NCBI GenBank assembly: GCA_964016885.1
Contig: OZ024756.1
Location: 35,836,001 to 35,900,000, forward strand
DNA: 64,000 bases
Direction of reading: 5' to 3'
From: Eledone cirrhosa
Lineage: Eukaryota
The notes below the pieces were generated by a model. That model did no database searches. It had not been told where the DNA came from and worked only from the letters and a program-made list of their open reading frames with translations. Shown here piece by piece: positions 12,946 to 26,442 of this stretch; position 1 is the stretch's first letter, and the number at the start of each line of letters is the position of its first letter. The position numbers were made by a program, and so were the translations under genes.

Positions 12946-14442
12946 AATGTCTGACAACATCCCAGCAATTAAGCATTACAAATTATTTATAATTCTTACG
13001 GAATGAAAATATTTGCACAAATAATATATACAATACTTAATTACATAAATATTTCATATAAAAATATAAAATCAAAAATAAAGAAAATATTAATTCAACA
13101 CCAAGTATGTCAATTAGTCAAAGGTTACTGGAGTCTCCTAATATTTTTTAAGGTAAGCTAATTTTAAATCGCTAATCATTGTATCACCAGAACACATTGT
13201 CCAACCCACACTTGACAAGCATGGACAGACAACAGGTAAGCTGGCAGAGTTGCTGAGATCCCATCAAGGGGCAGGTCGAAAAAGGCTTGGCATGAGAGCA
13301 AGGGGCAGAGGAGCATAGAGATAAGGAAGGCTTTTATTTGCCTCAAGGGTGACAAGAACAGTTGTGGGAGAACAATGATAGATAGCAAAACATGGGAGGG
13401 GATATATATGTGTATATATATATATATATACACATATATATCCCTTGAAATATATATAATAAAATAAATATAGTTTCCATTTATTGATATCATTGATATT
13501 ATACTCCAGAAAATCTGTAGAGTGCTTCGAATTTGTTATAAATAAAATTGTTGAATAACCAACAAATTAAATAGCTCTTTGCTTATATATATATATATCC
13601 AGGGAGTGTAACGTAGAGTTACTGTAGGTTCACCCAGGTGAGCACCCGATGTTTAGTTCATGTCGGTATCGAGATGTAGAGCTAGACAGAGTGTAGTATA
13701 ATAAAATAAAACAATGACGAATAGTTACTCCTTCATTACGTTTATTGATTGGTGACGCACGTGTCGCTAATTGATCAACTGCAATCTATATCGATCTAGC
13801 CTGACTCTGTAATCATTGATTACAGAGTCGGGCGAGATCAATACAGATTGAACCTTGAGCTGATCAATAGAGGAACACGTGTCACCAACCAATAAACGTA
13901 ATGAAGGAGTAACCATTCGTCCTTGTAGTATATGTATATGTATATAACATATATATATATATATACACACATATACATGTATGTGTGTGTGTGTCTGTGA
14001 CATACTTGTTATTTTGTACTATATATTTTTATAACAATTTCTGAACATCTGTTCTATACTTCTTTTATATCCATTCATAAACACGGTGTTCCGTCATATT
14101 AAACATAAACAATAACGACCAGCTTTAGTAGGTACAGACCTATCTATGTAGCTGAGAGAGTTAACAACCAGATGGGTTCACCTAGGACCTACTATGTGTC
14201 TTCTTGTGAAGCTTATGACTGACAAATGCTATATATATATATATATATATATGTGGTTGGTCCACACTGTAAATATGGTTGGTGTTAGGAAGGGCATCCA
14301 CCCGTAGAAAACCTGCCAGATAGTCCTATATGAGCGAGACACGGTCACCCAACCAATCTTGCCTCAAATGGGACAATGCCCGTCTAACCCATGCTAGGCT
14401 GGAAGATAGAAGTTAAACGATGATGATGATGATGATGATGTG

Positions 14443-14487
<45 letters not shown>

Positions 14488-15129
14488 AAGGAGTGTAACA
14501 AGCTTTTGATTCCAGATCGAACCTTGAGCTGATCAATAGTGAAACGCGTGTCACCAATCAATAAACGTAATGAAGGCTTAACAAATCGTTTTTGTATTAT
14601 TATATATATATATAAACGGAAAAAATAAAACGAAATTTCATTTCCCACTCTTAGTACGGCTGTTACTTAAATATAAGTATGTACACGTACATACATATAT
14701 GTATGCAGACGTAGTGTCTAGCAATCATCGTTGCTCGGTTGTTCAACACTGACAAAGGAACGCTGTACTAGTTTCAAGCTTATTAGCTATCGTCAGCAAC
14801 GTATACCTTCCTGCCAGATGATTGAACGTCTGAAAGTATATACTTTCCTTATGCATATTAACGGCTGAGTAGCCCAATTTGCATATCGAGTGGGTTAATC
14901 GGCCGGGTGCACCGAAAACGATAAACGGAAAAAATGAAACGAAATTTCATTTCCCACTCTTACTACGGATGTTACTTAAATATAAGTATGTATACGTACA
15001 TACATATATGTATACATATATTGTCAGTGTTGAACAAACAAGTAACGATGGTTGCTAGACACTACGGCTTAATACGGGATGTTTGTTTACAAACACACCC
15101 AAACATTATAATAAATGTTCGGTGAATCC

Positions 15130-15169
<40 letters not shown>

Positions 15170-15442
15170 TAAAAAACAAATAAGCTAATCGGGAGAAGAG
15201 ATAAGTGATTAGACATGGCCTTAGCCAAAACCTATCAAAGTTATGCAGATTACAAGCTAGTAGAGAGAAAGTTAGTGTGCTCGATGCATATAGATTGTGA
15301 GACTAGCGAGCCATGAGATTAGATGGAAAAAGAAATAGTTTAACAATTTATAAGCAGAGCAAAAAAATCATATTTAAAATGCTGGAAAGAACAACAAAAA
15401 TTTGTGAATACATTAGATTTACATGTATTGATAAATCTTATA

Positions 15443-16793
15443 TCTAATATATATTTGTGAAATGGGTGGTGGTTGAAATTCAGTTGTGCACGGTTAATTG
15501 GTAGTAGACGTGGCCGGACGGACATGAAAATGTACACACCTATGTAAAAAGTGCCAAGGAAGCAAATCTCTAACGTGAAAAATATGGTCCCTAGGGTCCC
15601 CAAACGGTCTATTTACTATCGCTTCCGGTGAGTTATTTCCCCCTCTTCTAATACTTGGATGAGTTATTTTCCGTAGTCGCTTTCAATATTCATTATCTTA
15701 TTTACAATTTCATACAAATTTTTAAACTCATCAATTTTTTCATAACATATCAAACACAACGTTCTTTCGCTGTTAACATACAGTACCATTTTATGAAATC
15801 GATTCCAGTACCATTTTACGAAATGCCAAACCGAAAACGGTCACTGTTTTCCATCAAAAGAAATAAAACCCTTAAATTGCGAAGAAGGGACGCGTGTTTT
15901 TATTTTAATTCTAATACATGTTAACCACCACTAACAGTAAGTAGTATTTTTCAAAGTCAAATGAAAAGTTTAAAGAATACATGCATGTAAACTTAATGAA
16001 TGGGATCTATAAGCCTTTGGGTTGCCGAGTTAATTTATTCAGTTTTTTTAAAATATTCATTGTAAACTTAATGAATGGGATCTATAAGCCGTTTGGTTGT
16101 CGAGTTAATTAATTCATTTTTTTTTTTTTTATTCATTGTTAACTCAAGGAATGGGATCTATAAGCCCTTTGGTTGCCGAGTTAATTAATTCAGTTTTATT
16201 TTTAATATTCATTGTCTTATTTAAAATAACATATCAAAGACAACGTTATTTCGCTGTTAATAAACTGTTGCCTTCTACAGTACGTTTCATTTTCATTTTT
16301 CAATTACAGTTGCTCTATATTAAATTTAAATACTTCTATAGCGATCATACAGTACCGTTTTATGAAATCGATTCTGCAGTAGAATTTTACGAAATGCCAA
16401 ACCGAAAAAGATCACTGTTTTCTAACAAAAGAAATAAAACCCTTACATTGCGAACCCCCTGTTCTAATACTGGGGTTAGTTATTTCCCCCTCTTCTAATA
16501 AACGTCTAATATATAGAGGCTCCTCTTGCTGACCAGGGCAATCAAAGTGTAAACTATCATACAAACCTTCATAATCTGCATTTTCAAACTTGCATATCAT
16601 CGACATTGCTATTTCGCTGTTAATAAACAACGCTTTTCACGTCGCTCCACTTCTCATTGTACGCCGTCCAGCCCCTAGTGTATTTCTATTTTTTTTCTTG
16701 AAACTGCTTCTTTATAATAAACTTTCAATAATATTTTTCAAATTATTAACTTAATAAAAAGTGGCCCCGGGTGCAACCTGGCTCAGCTGCTAG
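15443..16793 (+). mobile_element. Non-autonomous Helitron-like element
   Basis: 3' end has a GC-rich hairpin (ccggg-tgcaa-cctgg) followed by ...gctgCTAG|t; candidate 5' a|TC start at 15443; internal direct duplications (~15740-15890 vs ~16225-16455, and three ~75-nt units 15985-16210). 5' boundary uncertain. Confidence 0.55.
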
Positions 16794-17145
16794 TATATAT
16801 ATAAATAGAGTTTGCGGTGCTGAGACCCCTAATCATGTGAGTACTCGATACATGGGGAGATGTAGAGATATTTAAAATCCCAACCGTAGTGCTAAGCAGT
16901 TTCGATGTGTGTTGTAAGTCCCAGGTTCAATTGAGGGTAAACACAGTCAGTAAAGTACTCAATACATTAGTAGAGTGTAAACATCAAATTTAATATAGAA
17001 ATCATCAGGAAATCTTTCCTGGTGATTTCTTTTGAATGAAACAGTTCTAGTCTTGTATAATATATATATATATAACCAAATGAAAAATATATATGTATAT
17101 ACATAATATATAGAGAAAGAGCCATATATATATGTGTGTGTGCAC

Positions 17146-17185
<40 letters not shown>

Positions 17186-17188
<3 letters not shown>

Positions 17189-17652
17189 GATATTAAATAA
17201 ATGGAAACTATATTTATAAAACCATATTTATTTCATTATATATATTTCAGGGATATCATATTAACAATATGCTATGCCTTCCTCAGACAAAATACAATAT
17301 AAACAGTTTTATAGATAAATAGATTTGACATACCGTACAACATCGACTTGTATTTGAAAAGTAAGTTGAATTGGCAGTCTGCCAATTCAACTTTTCAAAT
17401 ACAAGTCGATGTTGTACGGTATGTCAAATCTATTTATCTATAAAACTGTTTATATTGTATTTTGTCTGAGGAAGGCATAGCATATTGTTAATATGATATC
17501 CCTGAAATATATATAATGAAATAAATATGGTTTTATAAATATAGTTTCCATTTATTTAATATCGTAAATATACTCCAAATACTTGTCGAGTGCTTTTATA
17601 TCAGTTATTAATATTTACTAGTTGTAACCCAACAATTTAAATATAACTTTCC

Positions 17653-17655
<3 letters not shown>
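17186..17655. mobile_element. Palindromic hammerhead-bearing element (Penelope-like pLTR/retrozyme-like remnant) between (TA)n tracts
   Basis: Inverted repeat 17186-17377 / 17379-17566 (1-nt loop, one 4-nt bulge) plus a unique ~90-nt tail containing ACTCC...GAGTGCT. A truncated relative lies at ~13440-13585. Confidence 0.7.
17458..17523 (+). ncRNA. Minimal type-I hammerhead ribozyme (mirror copy on - strand in the left palindrome arm)
   Basis: Stem I tattttgt/atgaaata; CTGAGGA 17466-17472; stem II aggcatagcatatt/aatatgatatccct; GAAA 17504-17507; palindromic mini stem III TATATA; AUA cleavage triplet. Confidence 0.75.
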
Positions 17656-17708
<53 letters not shown>

Positions 17709-17760
17709 CTTCCTGATGATTTCTCCCGAATGAAGCAGTTCTAGCCCTGTAGAAGCCATT

Positions 17761-17846
<86 letters not shown>

Positions 17847-18906
17847 TGTAATAAACAACAGAAAATATGAATTATTGTTCAATAGATATATTTATTTATC
17901 AATGATACAATTAGAGTTTTATTAGCTCTGCAGTATTTTTATTCGATCCCAACAAACCAGCCAGTAAACCAGTAAGCCGGTCAACTGAAACAGAAATTTT
18001 TATTAGTTCCCAATCATATTTTTCTCATGAGATTAGAAAATGGTTTATCTGGTAGCCATGTTTTATCTAAAGAGGGATGTAAATATTGCTTTAATTTCTC
18101 TCTAATAGGAACATCTCACTTTGGAATGATGCCATGGCTAAAGATAACAGACTTTTTATTCAATTATCTGCTACTTCACTATTACCAATAATGATAATCA
18201 ACTGAACTAGATGCTGTGGTATAGTGGTGGAAGACAGAAGTACTATACTCACACACTGACACTGGGTCGTGAGTTCAAACTCTGCAAATATCATTCATTG
18301 CTTTTTACTTTGTTAATTTCGTCTCATTATTGTTGTTGTTATTCTGTGTGTAATCTAATTGTTGTTTTTGTGATATCTGTTGTCGTTGTTGCTGTTGTTG
18401 TGTAGTTTTAGGGATATCTGTTGTAAGGATATTTGCTGCTAATTAAAATACTTTAACTGACGACACAGGGGAAACAACTCCGATCGTTCATGTGTAGTCG
18501 TAGTGAAATCTTGGTGTTGTTGTTGTTGTGTAGTTCTAGTAAAATCGATTGTTGTGTTGTTCTAGTGAAATGTTGTTGTGTAGTTCTAATAAAATCAATT
18601 GTTGTTGTGTTGTTCTAGTAAAATCGATTGTTGTTGTGTCTGTCTGTGTGTGTGTGTGTGGTCTTAGTGAAGTTGGGCTCACATCACATAACAACATTTC
18701 AACAGAACTACTCCCGTTCAATCTGCCTTGCTTTCTTTAATATCATATATACTGAAACACATCAAGGTAGGAAAAGATCCCATAACATTCAAAGGGCTCC
18801 TTTAACACATTCCACACCAACCACTTATAGACCTGTCAACTCTCCCCGTCCGTCGGAGAGATCTCCCATCCACTCTGGGGTGGGGGAGAGATGTTTTCTC
18901 TTCTGA

Positions 18907-19540
18907 AAATGGGTATAGCTTTCATTATATGCGGCCACACTTAGAATTTCCATCACCAGTCTGGAACCCCTATCTTGCTCAGAACATTGACCTCCTGAAA
19001 ACTTTTCAGAGGCGTGCAACCAAGCGAATACCCACCATCAGGCATCTACCATACTCTGACCACCTTGCTTCCCTGGGCATGGATACATTTAAGCTCCGAC
19101 GCATGGCAACTGACTTGGTAAACACCTACAAGATTATTAACCATCTTGCCAACGACAAGTATGAGCATCTTTTTGATTTCCATGTCTAACACACGTGGGC
19201 ATGCCCACAAAGTCAGAAAATACCACAGCTCCCATAACTTTCGGAAACATTTTTTCACACTCAGAGTTGCTGAAGCATGGAACAAACTACCTGCATCAGT
19301 TGTTAGCTGTCGAGACACAGCATCCTTTAAAACTTCCATGCTTCCTGAGATTCGACAACACTACACCTGATATCGCCCCCCCCCCCCCCACACACACACG
19401 CACACGCACAAATGTATTTCATGACTCGTACACTGTTCATTTTCCTGATATTTGTACATTATTCTATGTACTATACGTGCACCTTTGATGAGTTGCAGTG
19501 CACCTGAGCACTGTACACAATAATTTCATTATTATTATTG
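18907..19540 (+). mobile_element. 5'-truncated CR1/L2-clade LINE: ORF2 C-terminus (frameshifted) plus 3' UTR
   Basis: RPHLEF.SPVWNPYL...ID.L..FQRRATKRIP...LPY..HL..LG....L.RR...DL...YKI, then TRGH..KV......RKHFFTLRV..AWNKLP.SVV; ends in (ATT)n. Confidence 0.88.
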
Positions 19541-20701
19541 ATTGGCAGTATCAGTAGAGGGTCGGACGCCATGCTTTGACACATAGAGTTACGGCCCTTG
19601 CCATTCTGAGTTCAAATCCCGCCGAGGTTAACTTTGCCATTCATCCTTACGGGGCCGATAAAATAAAGTACCAGTAATGCACTGGGATAATTGCTGGCCT
19701 TGTGCCAAAAGTAGAAACAATTATTATATTATATATATACAAAGTGTTTAATGTGTGACTGAAATACGAAGCATTTTGACAGTTGATGCTACACAATTAG
19801 ACATGCAGTTCATTGCTATCAATTAGATGTCGAGAAATTTAAATCTAACCACCGGCCACGAGGCCACGAGACGTTTGGCGGAGTCGGGCTACTGACTGCA
19901 AGGTTCTTATCTTCACTGGCGGCTCGCCTAACAGAGGTAGCTGGTGATACTCGTGAGGGCGCTTAGTTGTTCCAGCATGTCAGCCTCGCCATCACCCGAG
20001 GTAACGCTGCGAGCGTGCTGGCCTGCCTCAAAAATTATTAGAGAGGTTTCGTTATCTTTTGTTTTGGTAGCGGTTCGTTTGTCCACCCTCTTTGCCTGCC
20101 TTTTGCTGTATGTGGTCCTAGATGTATGTATTACCTGCTTGTGTGTGTTTTTTCTTCTTTTTCTTTCTTTTTTCTTTCCCTTTTCTTTTTATTTGTAATA
20201 TTATGTTGACGGTTACGTCTTAATAAATATAATAAAACTTTTTACAAAATATGTAGATTTTAAGAATATATAATTATGGTTTCTTGAAAAAAACAAGCAA
20301 ACAAAATATTTCTATTTTTCTATGATAAAATCTATTCATATCTAAAATGACTCGTTGGTGAGGTATAATATGGTTGAAACATGTCAGAAGCTGTCATCTT
20401 GTCTGCTAACAAAGATCCGAGCTTCCCTCTAATAATAAAACATTTTAATTTTCTGTAAAATTATTTCTTAATTACTTGAAATTATTTCCCCTTCTCTTTG
20501 TGAGTCTCTTGTGTTATTAAATGCATCGCCATCTATCAGATCTATCTAAATTTATGCCATTGGCACACTTAAGTTATTGCCCTTAGATCACTACGTTACG
20601 GTTCATCTTCTCCTCCTCTCTCTCTACATAATTCAGTCATTTACTCTAGCCGTTCCTCGTTCTCCTTCTCTTATACAGCTCTCTCTATATATACATATAT
20701 A

Positions 20702-20767
<66 letters not shown>

Positions 20768-20955
20768 TATATATAATATATATATAATATATATATATAT
20801 AATATATATATATATAATATATATATAATATATATAATATATATATATAATATATATATATAATATATATATATAATATATATATATAATATATATATAT
20901 TATATATATATATAATATATATATATAATATATATATATAATATATATATATTAT

Positions 20956-21080
<125 letters not shown>

Positions 21081-21246
21081 ATATATATAATATATATATA
21101 TAATATCATAAAACATGTCTTTAGAATCACTAGATATAGTATTGCAACGTGACCTGTTGCAAAACTCATATATATCTATGACTTTATATATATGTAAACC
21201 TTTATATATATAATATATATATATATACATACACATATATATATAT

Positions 21247-21399
<153 letters not shown>

Positions 21400-21402
21400 C
21401 AC

Positions 21403-21435
<33 letters not shown>

Positions 21436-21476
21436 CATAAATATATATACATATATATATACATATATATATATAC

Positions 21477-21532
<56 letters not shown>

Positions 21533-21555
21533 TATATATATATATATACACACAC

Positions 21556-21616
<61 letters not shown>

Positions 21617-21641
21617 TATATATACACATATATATATATAC

Positions 21642-21674
<33 letters not shown>

Positions 21675-21715
21675 CATAAATATATATACATATATATATA
21701 CATATATATATATAC

Positions 21716-21757
<42 letters not shown>

Positions 21758-22069
21758 TACACACACACATACATACACACACACATATATATATCTTTCC
21801 CTCGCACTAGATCTCTTCTCCTCTCTTACAAACAGTGTATCTATATATTTACATTACGCTGACTAAACTTCTTTCACCTTATATATGTCTCTCGATCGTA
21901 CACAGTTCCTTTCAAATACTCTCCCAGACATATCTCTGCCGTTATATTTCTCTCATCTTGCTTTCCCCCCTTTTCACAATATCTCTGATATTCTATTTCT
22001 CACAGTTTGCTCTCCACCCTCCTTCTTTCTACTTCTCTAAGCTTGCTCTTCTCACAAATCGGAACCCTT

Positions 22070-22161
<92 letters not shown>

Positions 22162-22770
22162 TCACACACACACATACATAAATATAATTTGCTCTCCAGC
22201 TCTTGCACATGTATCTCAACGCCTAATCACACAACACAGCTTGTTTCCACCCCACCACCCCTCTCGCACACAAAGCAGAGATACAAGTGCTTGCTCTCCC
22301 CACGTCTCATATCCATGTCTCTCTCCCTCTCCCTCTCTCTCCCATGTTTTTCCCTGTGTCTCCCGCACTACTTACTCTCTCCTCCGCCTCGTCTCTCTCG
22401 CACAAACATTAGTCGCTCTTTCTCGCTTCTCTATCTCTCATTCTCTATTTGCTCTCCGCCATCGAATCCCACCAATGTTTCATATTTAATTAAGACCATG
22501 TAGAATCGGTTCGTCATGCCATCTCAGCTTCTGTACAGCAGGAGAAAGAAATCCGTTGACCATCATTGAACAGAAGAGAGGCGTGTATATATATATATTT
22601 ATATATATATATATATACATACATACATATAGTGTGTGTGTGTGTATCGTTGGTGAGAGAACTGTCCACTTTTACAGGCAGGAAGACATCAACAACTTAC
22701 ATATAGACAGAATGGAGAAAGGTTAGCACGTTTCACTTACCTTGTTGAATTTCTATGTGTTTATATGTCG

Positions 22771-22833
<63 letters not shown>

Positions 22834-23510
22834 CTGATTGATGTTGGTGGTCGTGGTGGTCGTGGTGCAGTCATATTGATGATGATGTGGTAATTTAGGT
22901 GGTGCTAGTGATGGTGTGGTGTTGCTTCTATTATTTAGTCTTAGCTGTGCTCTGATTTATAATAATTAATGCCTTTTCAACCGTGACCATCCCGTCATTG
23001 TCCACAATCTCCAGGAATATTTAAGACGGTAGGGTGTTTTGAGGGAAATGTGGCTGCTCCTTATAGCATGTTGAACGGCATCATAGAGGCACCTTTGTTA
23101 GTTGTGTTTGATGATGCTGATGATGCCATTATTACGGTGGTGGTGGTGATTGTATTACTGTTGTTGTTGATGCTGCTGATGATATTGTTATTATGGCGGC
23201 GGTGATGATTGTATTACTGTTGTTGTTGTTGTTGTTGATGATGATGATGATGATTATGGTATTCGCCATAAATTTATTTGCCTTAGATGAAAGCAAATTA
23301 TATAACAATATATATATATATATATATGCGTGTGTGTGTGTAAGTATATATATGCGTGTGTGTGTAAGTATATATGTGTGTGTGTGTATTTATGTATGTG
23401 TGTGTGTGTATTTATGTATATATATATATGTATATATATTTATGTGTGTGTATTTGGGTGCCATTTCTAGCATTCCGCGTTAATTACATACATACATGCA
23501 TATATGCATA

Positions 23511-23593
<83 letters not shown>

Positions 23594-23898
23594 ACGCTTT
23601 GGCTTATAAACATAGGGAAAAGAGTGCTCAATACTAAAGTAAAGATTGTATATTTGTTATATTTCTGAGCTTTCTCTCTGTTGCTACCCTGAGTTTCGCG
23701 AGTTGCCGCTGATCACGTATCACACAGAGACAGACACACACACACTACCTTTCTCTCTCTATATATAATACACACATACATATATATGTGTATGTGTGTA
23801 CATATATATATATATGTGTGTGTGAGTATAGATATATACATATATATATATACGCATACACGTTTCTGATATATAAATGTAAATAATATATACATGCA

Positions 23899-24051
<153 letters not shown>

Positions 24052-24843
24052 GTACATACACACATATATATTCATATATACAAAACATACGTGTACGTCC
24101 GTTATTCAGGCGTGGAATTGTGTTTTAATTAAAAAACATCTACGTTTATAAAAATGAAGAATTCAGTGAAGCAGGTTAGGTGGTGGTGTTGGTGAAAGAA
24201 GATACAGGTGAAAGAAGACTAGAGACACACAGACAGAATCTGATGCGCATGGTGGTAGTGGTGTTGGTGATGGTGTTGGTTGTGGTGTGGTATAGCGACA
24301 AACAGACAAAAGCAATTCTATAGGGATGCATCCATTTCTTTTGCTGTTTTCTTTAACACTATAATATGACGCAGGTGCTGTTGTATGCGTACACACACAC
24401 ACACACACACACATTCACACACATTCACACACATTCATACATCCACTCATACAAAAATGTGTGTGTTGTATATGTGTGTGTGTGTGTGTGTGTGTGCTTG
24501 TAATCACACAAATGCATGTGTTTACACATACACATGCGCGCACCTTCTACTTTCGTTTTCGAAAATAGCTGTATGACATCATTGACAACTTGTTGGTCAG
24601 ACTTGTTGTTAAACACTGGTACACGCACATACATACACACATACAGACGCACACACACGCGCACATACTCACATCCATAATCAAATAGACACGTACGTAC
24701 ATTGGTGCACACACATAAACATGCATATCTGCAATACGACGGGCAAGCATATAAACCACACCCGAATGCACATCGACTGATTCTGGCATTCTTTATCTTC
24801 CACAATATAAACACATGTATATATGTATGTGTATATATGTGTG

Positions 24844-24921
<78 letters not shown>

Positions 24922-25063
24922 GGGGTGTGTGTGTGTGTGTGCATGTGTGTTTATCTACTTTTGTACTTATTCTTTTTCCTTTCCTTCTTCCTTTTCCAGC
25001 CTCACTTTCATATAGATTATATTTTTGTTTATAAATCCACTGTCAATAAATACACCAGGATTT

Positions 25064-25124
25064 TTTCATTCTGATGACTGAAAGCAAATTTTGTTTGCTT
25101 TCAAGAAACCACTGGTAAATGAAA
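25064..25124 (+). ncRNA. Minimal type-I hammerhead ribozyme
   Basis: Stem I tttcatt/aatgaaa (perfect); CTGATGA 25071-25077; stem II tgaaagcaaa/tttgctttca; GAAA 25105-25108; stem III cc-act-gg; GUA triplet 25115-25117. Confidence 0.78.
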
Positions 25125-25220
25125 TAATTATCTTATGTTGTTTATTACATAATTATTAAGCTCTGTAACCTACATAGAGCACTCTTTTTTCCTGGACCTT
25201 TCCGACGGAATTACTTCATT

Positions 25221-25251
<31 letters not shown>

Positions 25252-25350
25252 AGATTCAGGGTCCTGAATCTTTTCATATTACCCGCTCTACTACCCCAAG
25301 TATCGAGTACTCTGGTGGGTTATGGCCCACCTGTTATTTTACCCCACCCT

Positions 25351-25403
<53 letters not shown>

Positions 25404-25509
25404 ATGTGTGTGTGTAAGGTAAACAGAAATAACAACACAATCGGTACAGTATATGGTGGAAGAGATATATTAGGTTAACGCTTGATATAGCAGGAAGAGG
25501 GTCTTAACG

Positions 25510-25548
<39 letters not shown>

Positions 25549-25549
<1 letters not shown>

Positions 25550-25985
25550 CCAAAAGTTAAACAAGGTTCATTGATTAATCAATGAATATAGTTTTACAAT
25601 AGATTAGAAGCACTCAACAGCTAAAATATTTTCTGGAGTCATTAATATTAATTCAAAATATTAATAAATATAGACATTCGCGTAATCAAAATATATTTTA
25701 TTATCTATATTTCGGAGGTACTGTGCTGTTTTTTCAGTACGTCCTCATCAGATAAAATATATAAATTGATGTATGACATACCTCAACTGTGCTGATGGTT
25801 CAATTCCAGTCTTGCCAAGACTGGAATTGAACCATCAGCACAGTTGAGGTATGTCATACATCAATTTATATATTTTATCTGATGAGGACGTACTGAAAAA
25901 ACAGCACAGTACCTCCGAAATATAGATAATAAAATATATTTTGATTACGTGAATGTCTATATTTATTAATATTTTGAATTAATAT
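25549..25985. mobile_element. Palindromic hammerhead-bearing element, copy 1
   Basis: ~96-nt tail plus 170-bp arms 25645-25814 / 25816-25985 with one visible mismatch and a 1-nt loop; flanked by (TA)n. Confidence 0.75.
25868..25939 (+). ncRNA. Minimal type-I hammerhead ribozyme (mirror copy on - strand at 25691-25762)
   Basis: Stem I atatattttat/ataaaatatat (11 bp perfect); CTGATGA 25879-25885; stem II ggacgtactg/cagtacctcc (9/10); GAAA 25917-25920; mini stem III; AUA triplet ending 25928. Confidence 0.8.
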
Positions 25986-26347
25986 AACAATATATATATA
26001 TATATATATTGTTATATTTGGAGAGGGTCATGTTGTTATAATATAGCCAGAAAAAAAATATATGTTGGTTTGAGTTGGTTTTCACTTCAGTATATATTTT
26101 TATAATCAGTGAGTGTTTACTATATTTTTCTGGCAATATTATAACATGACCCTACCTACATATAATATAACAATATCTGTTTCAACACGCGATTCCACAT
26201 AAAAAACCTTGCAAAATAAATTCATCACCGTATGTATGTATATATATATATATATATATACATGGCACAGTGCTATACCAATGTAATATACAGTCTCACA
26301 CACTCACAGACACACCCATATATATAATAATATATATATAATATATA

Positions 26348-26442
<95 letters not shown>

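Noticed and set aside
20345-20400. Hammerhead-like GAAACATGTC motif (similar relics at ~9135-9250, ~28560-28600 and ~40040-40085 on -)
   Set aside because: CUGANGA is mutated at two or more positions and the stems do not pair convincingly; at most dead relics.
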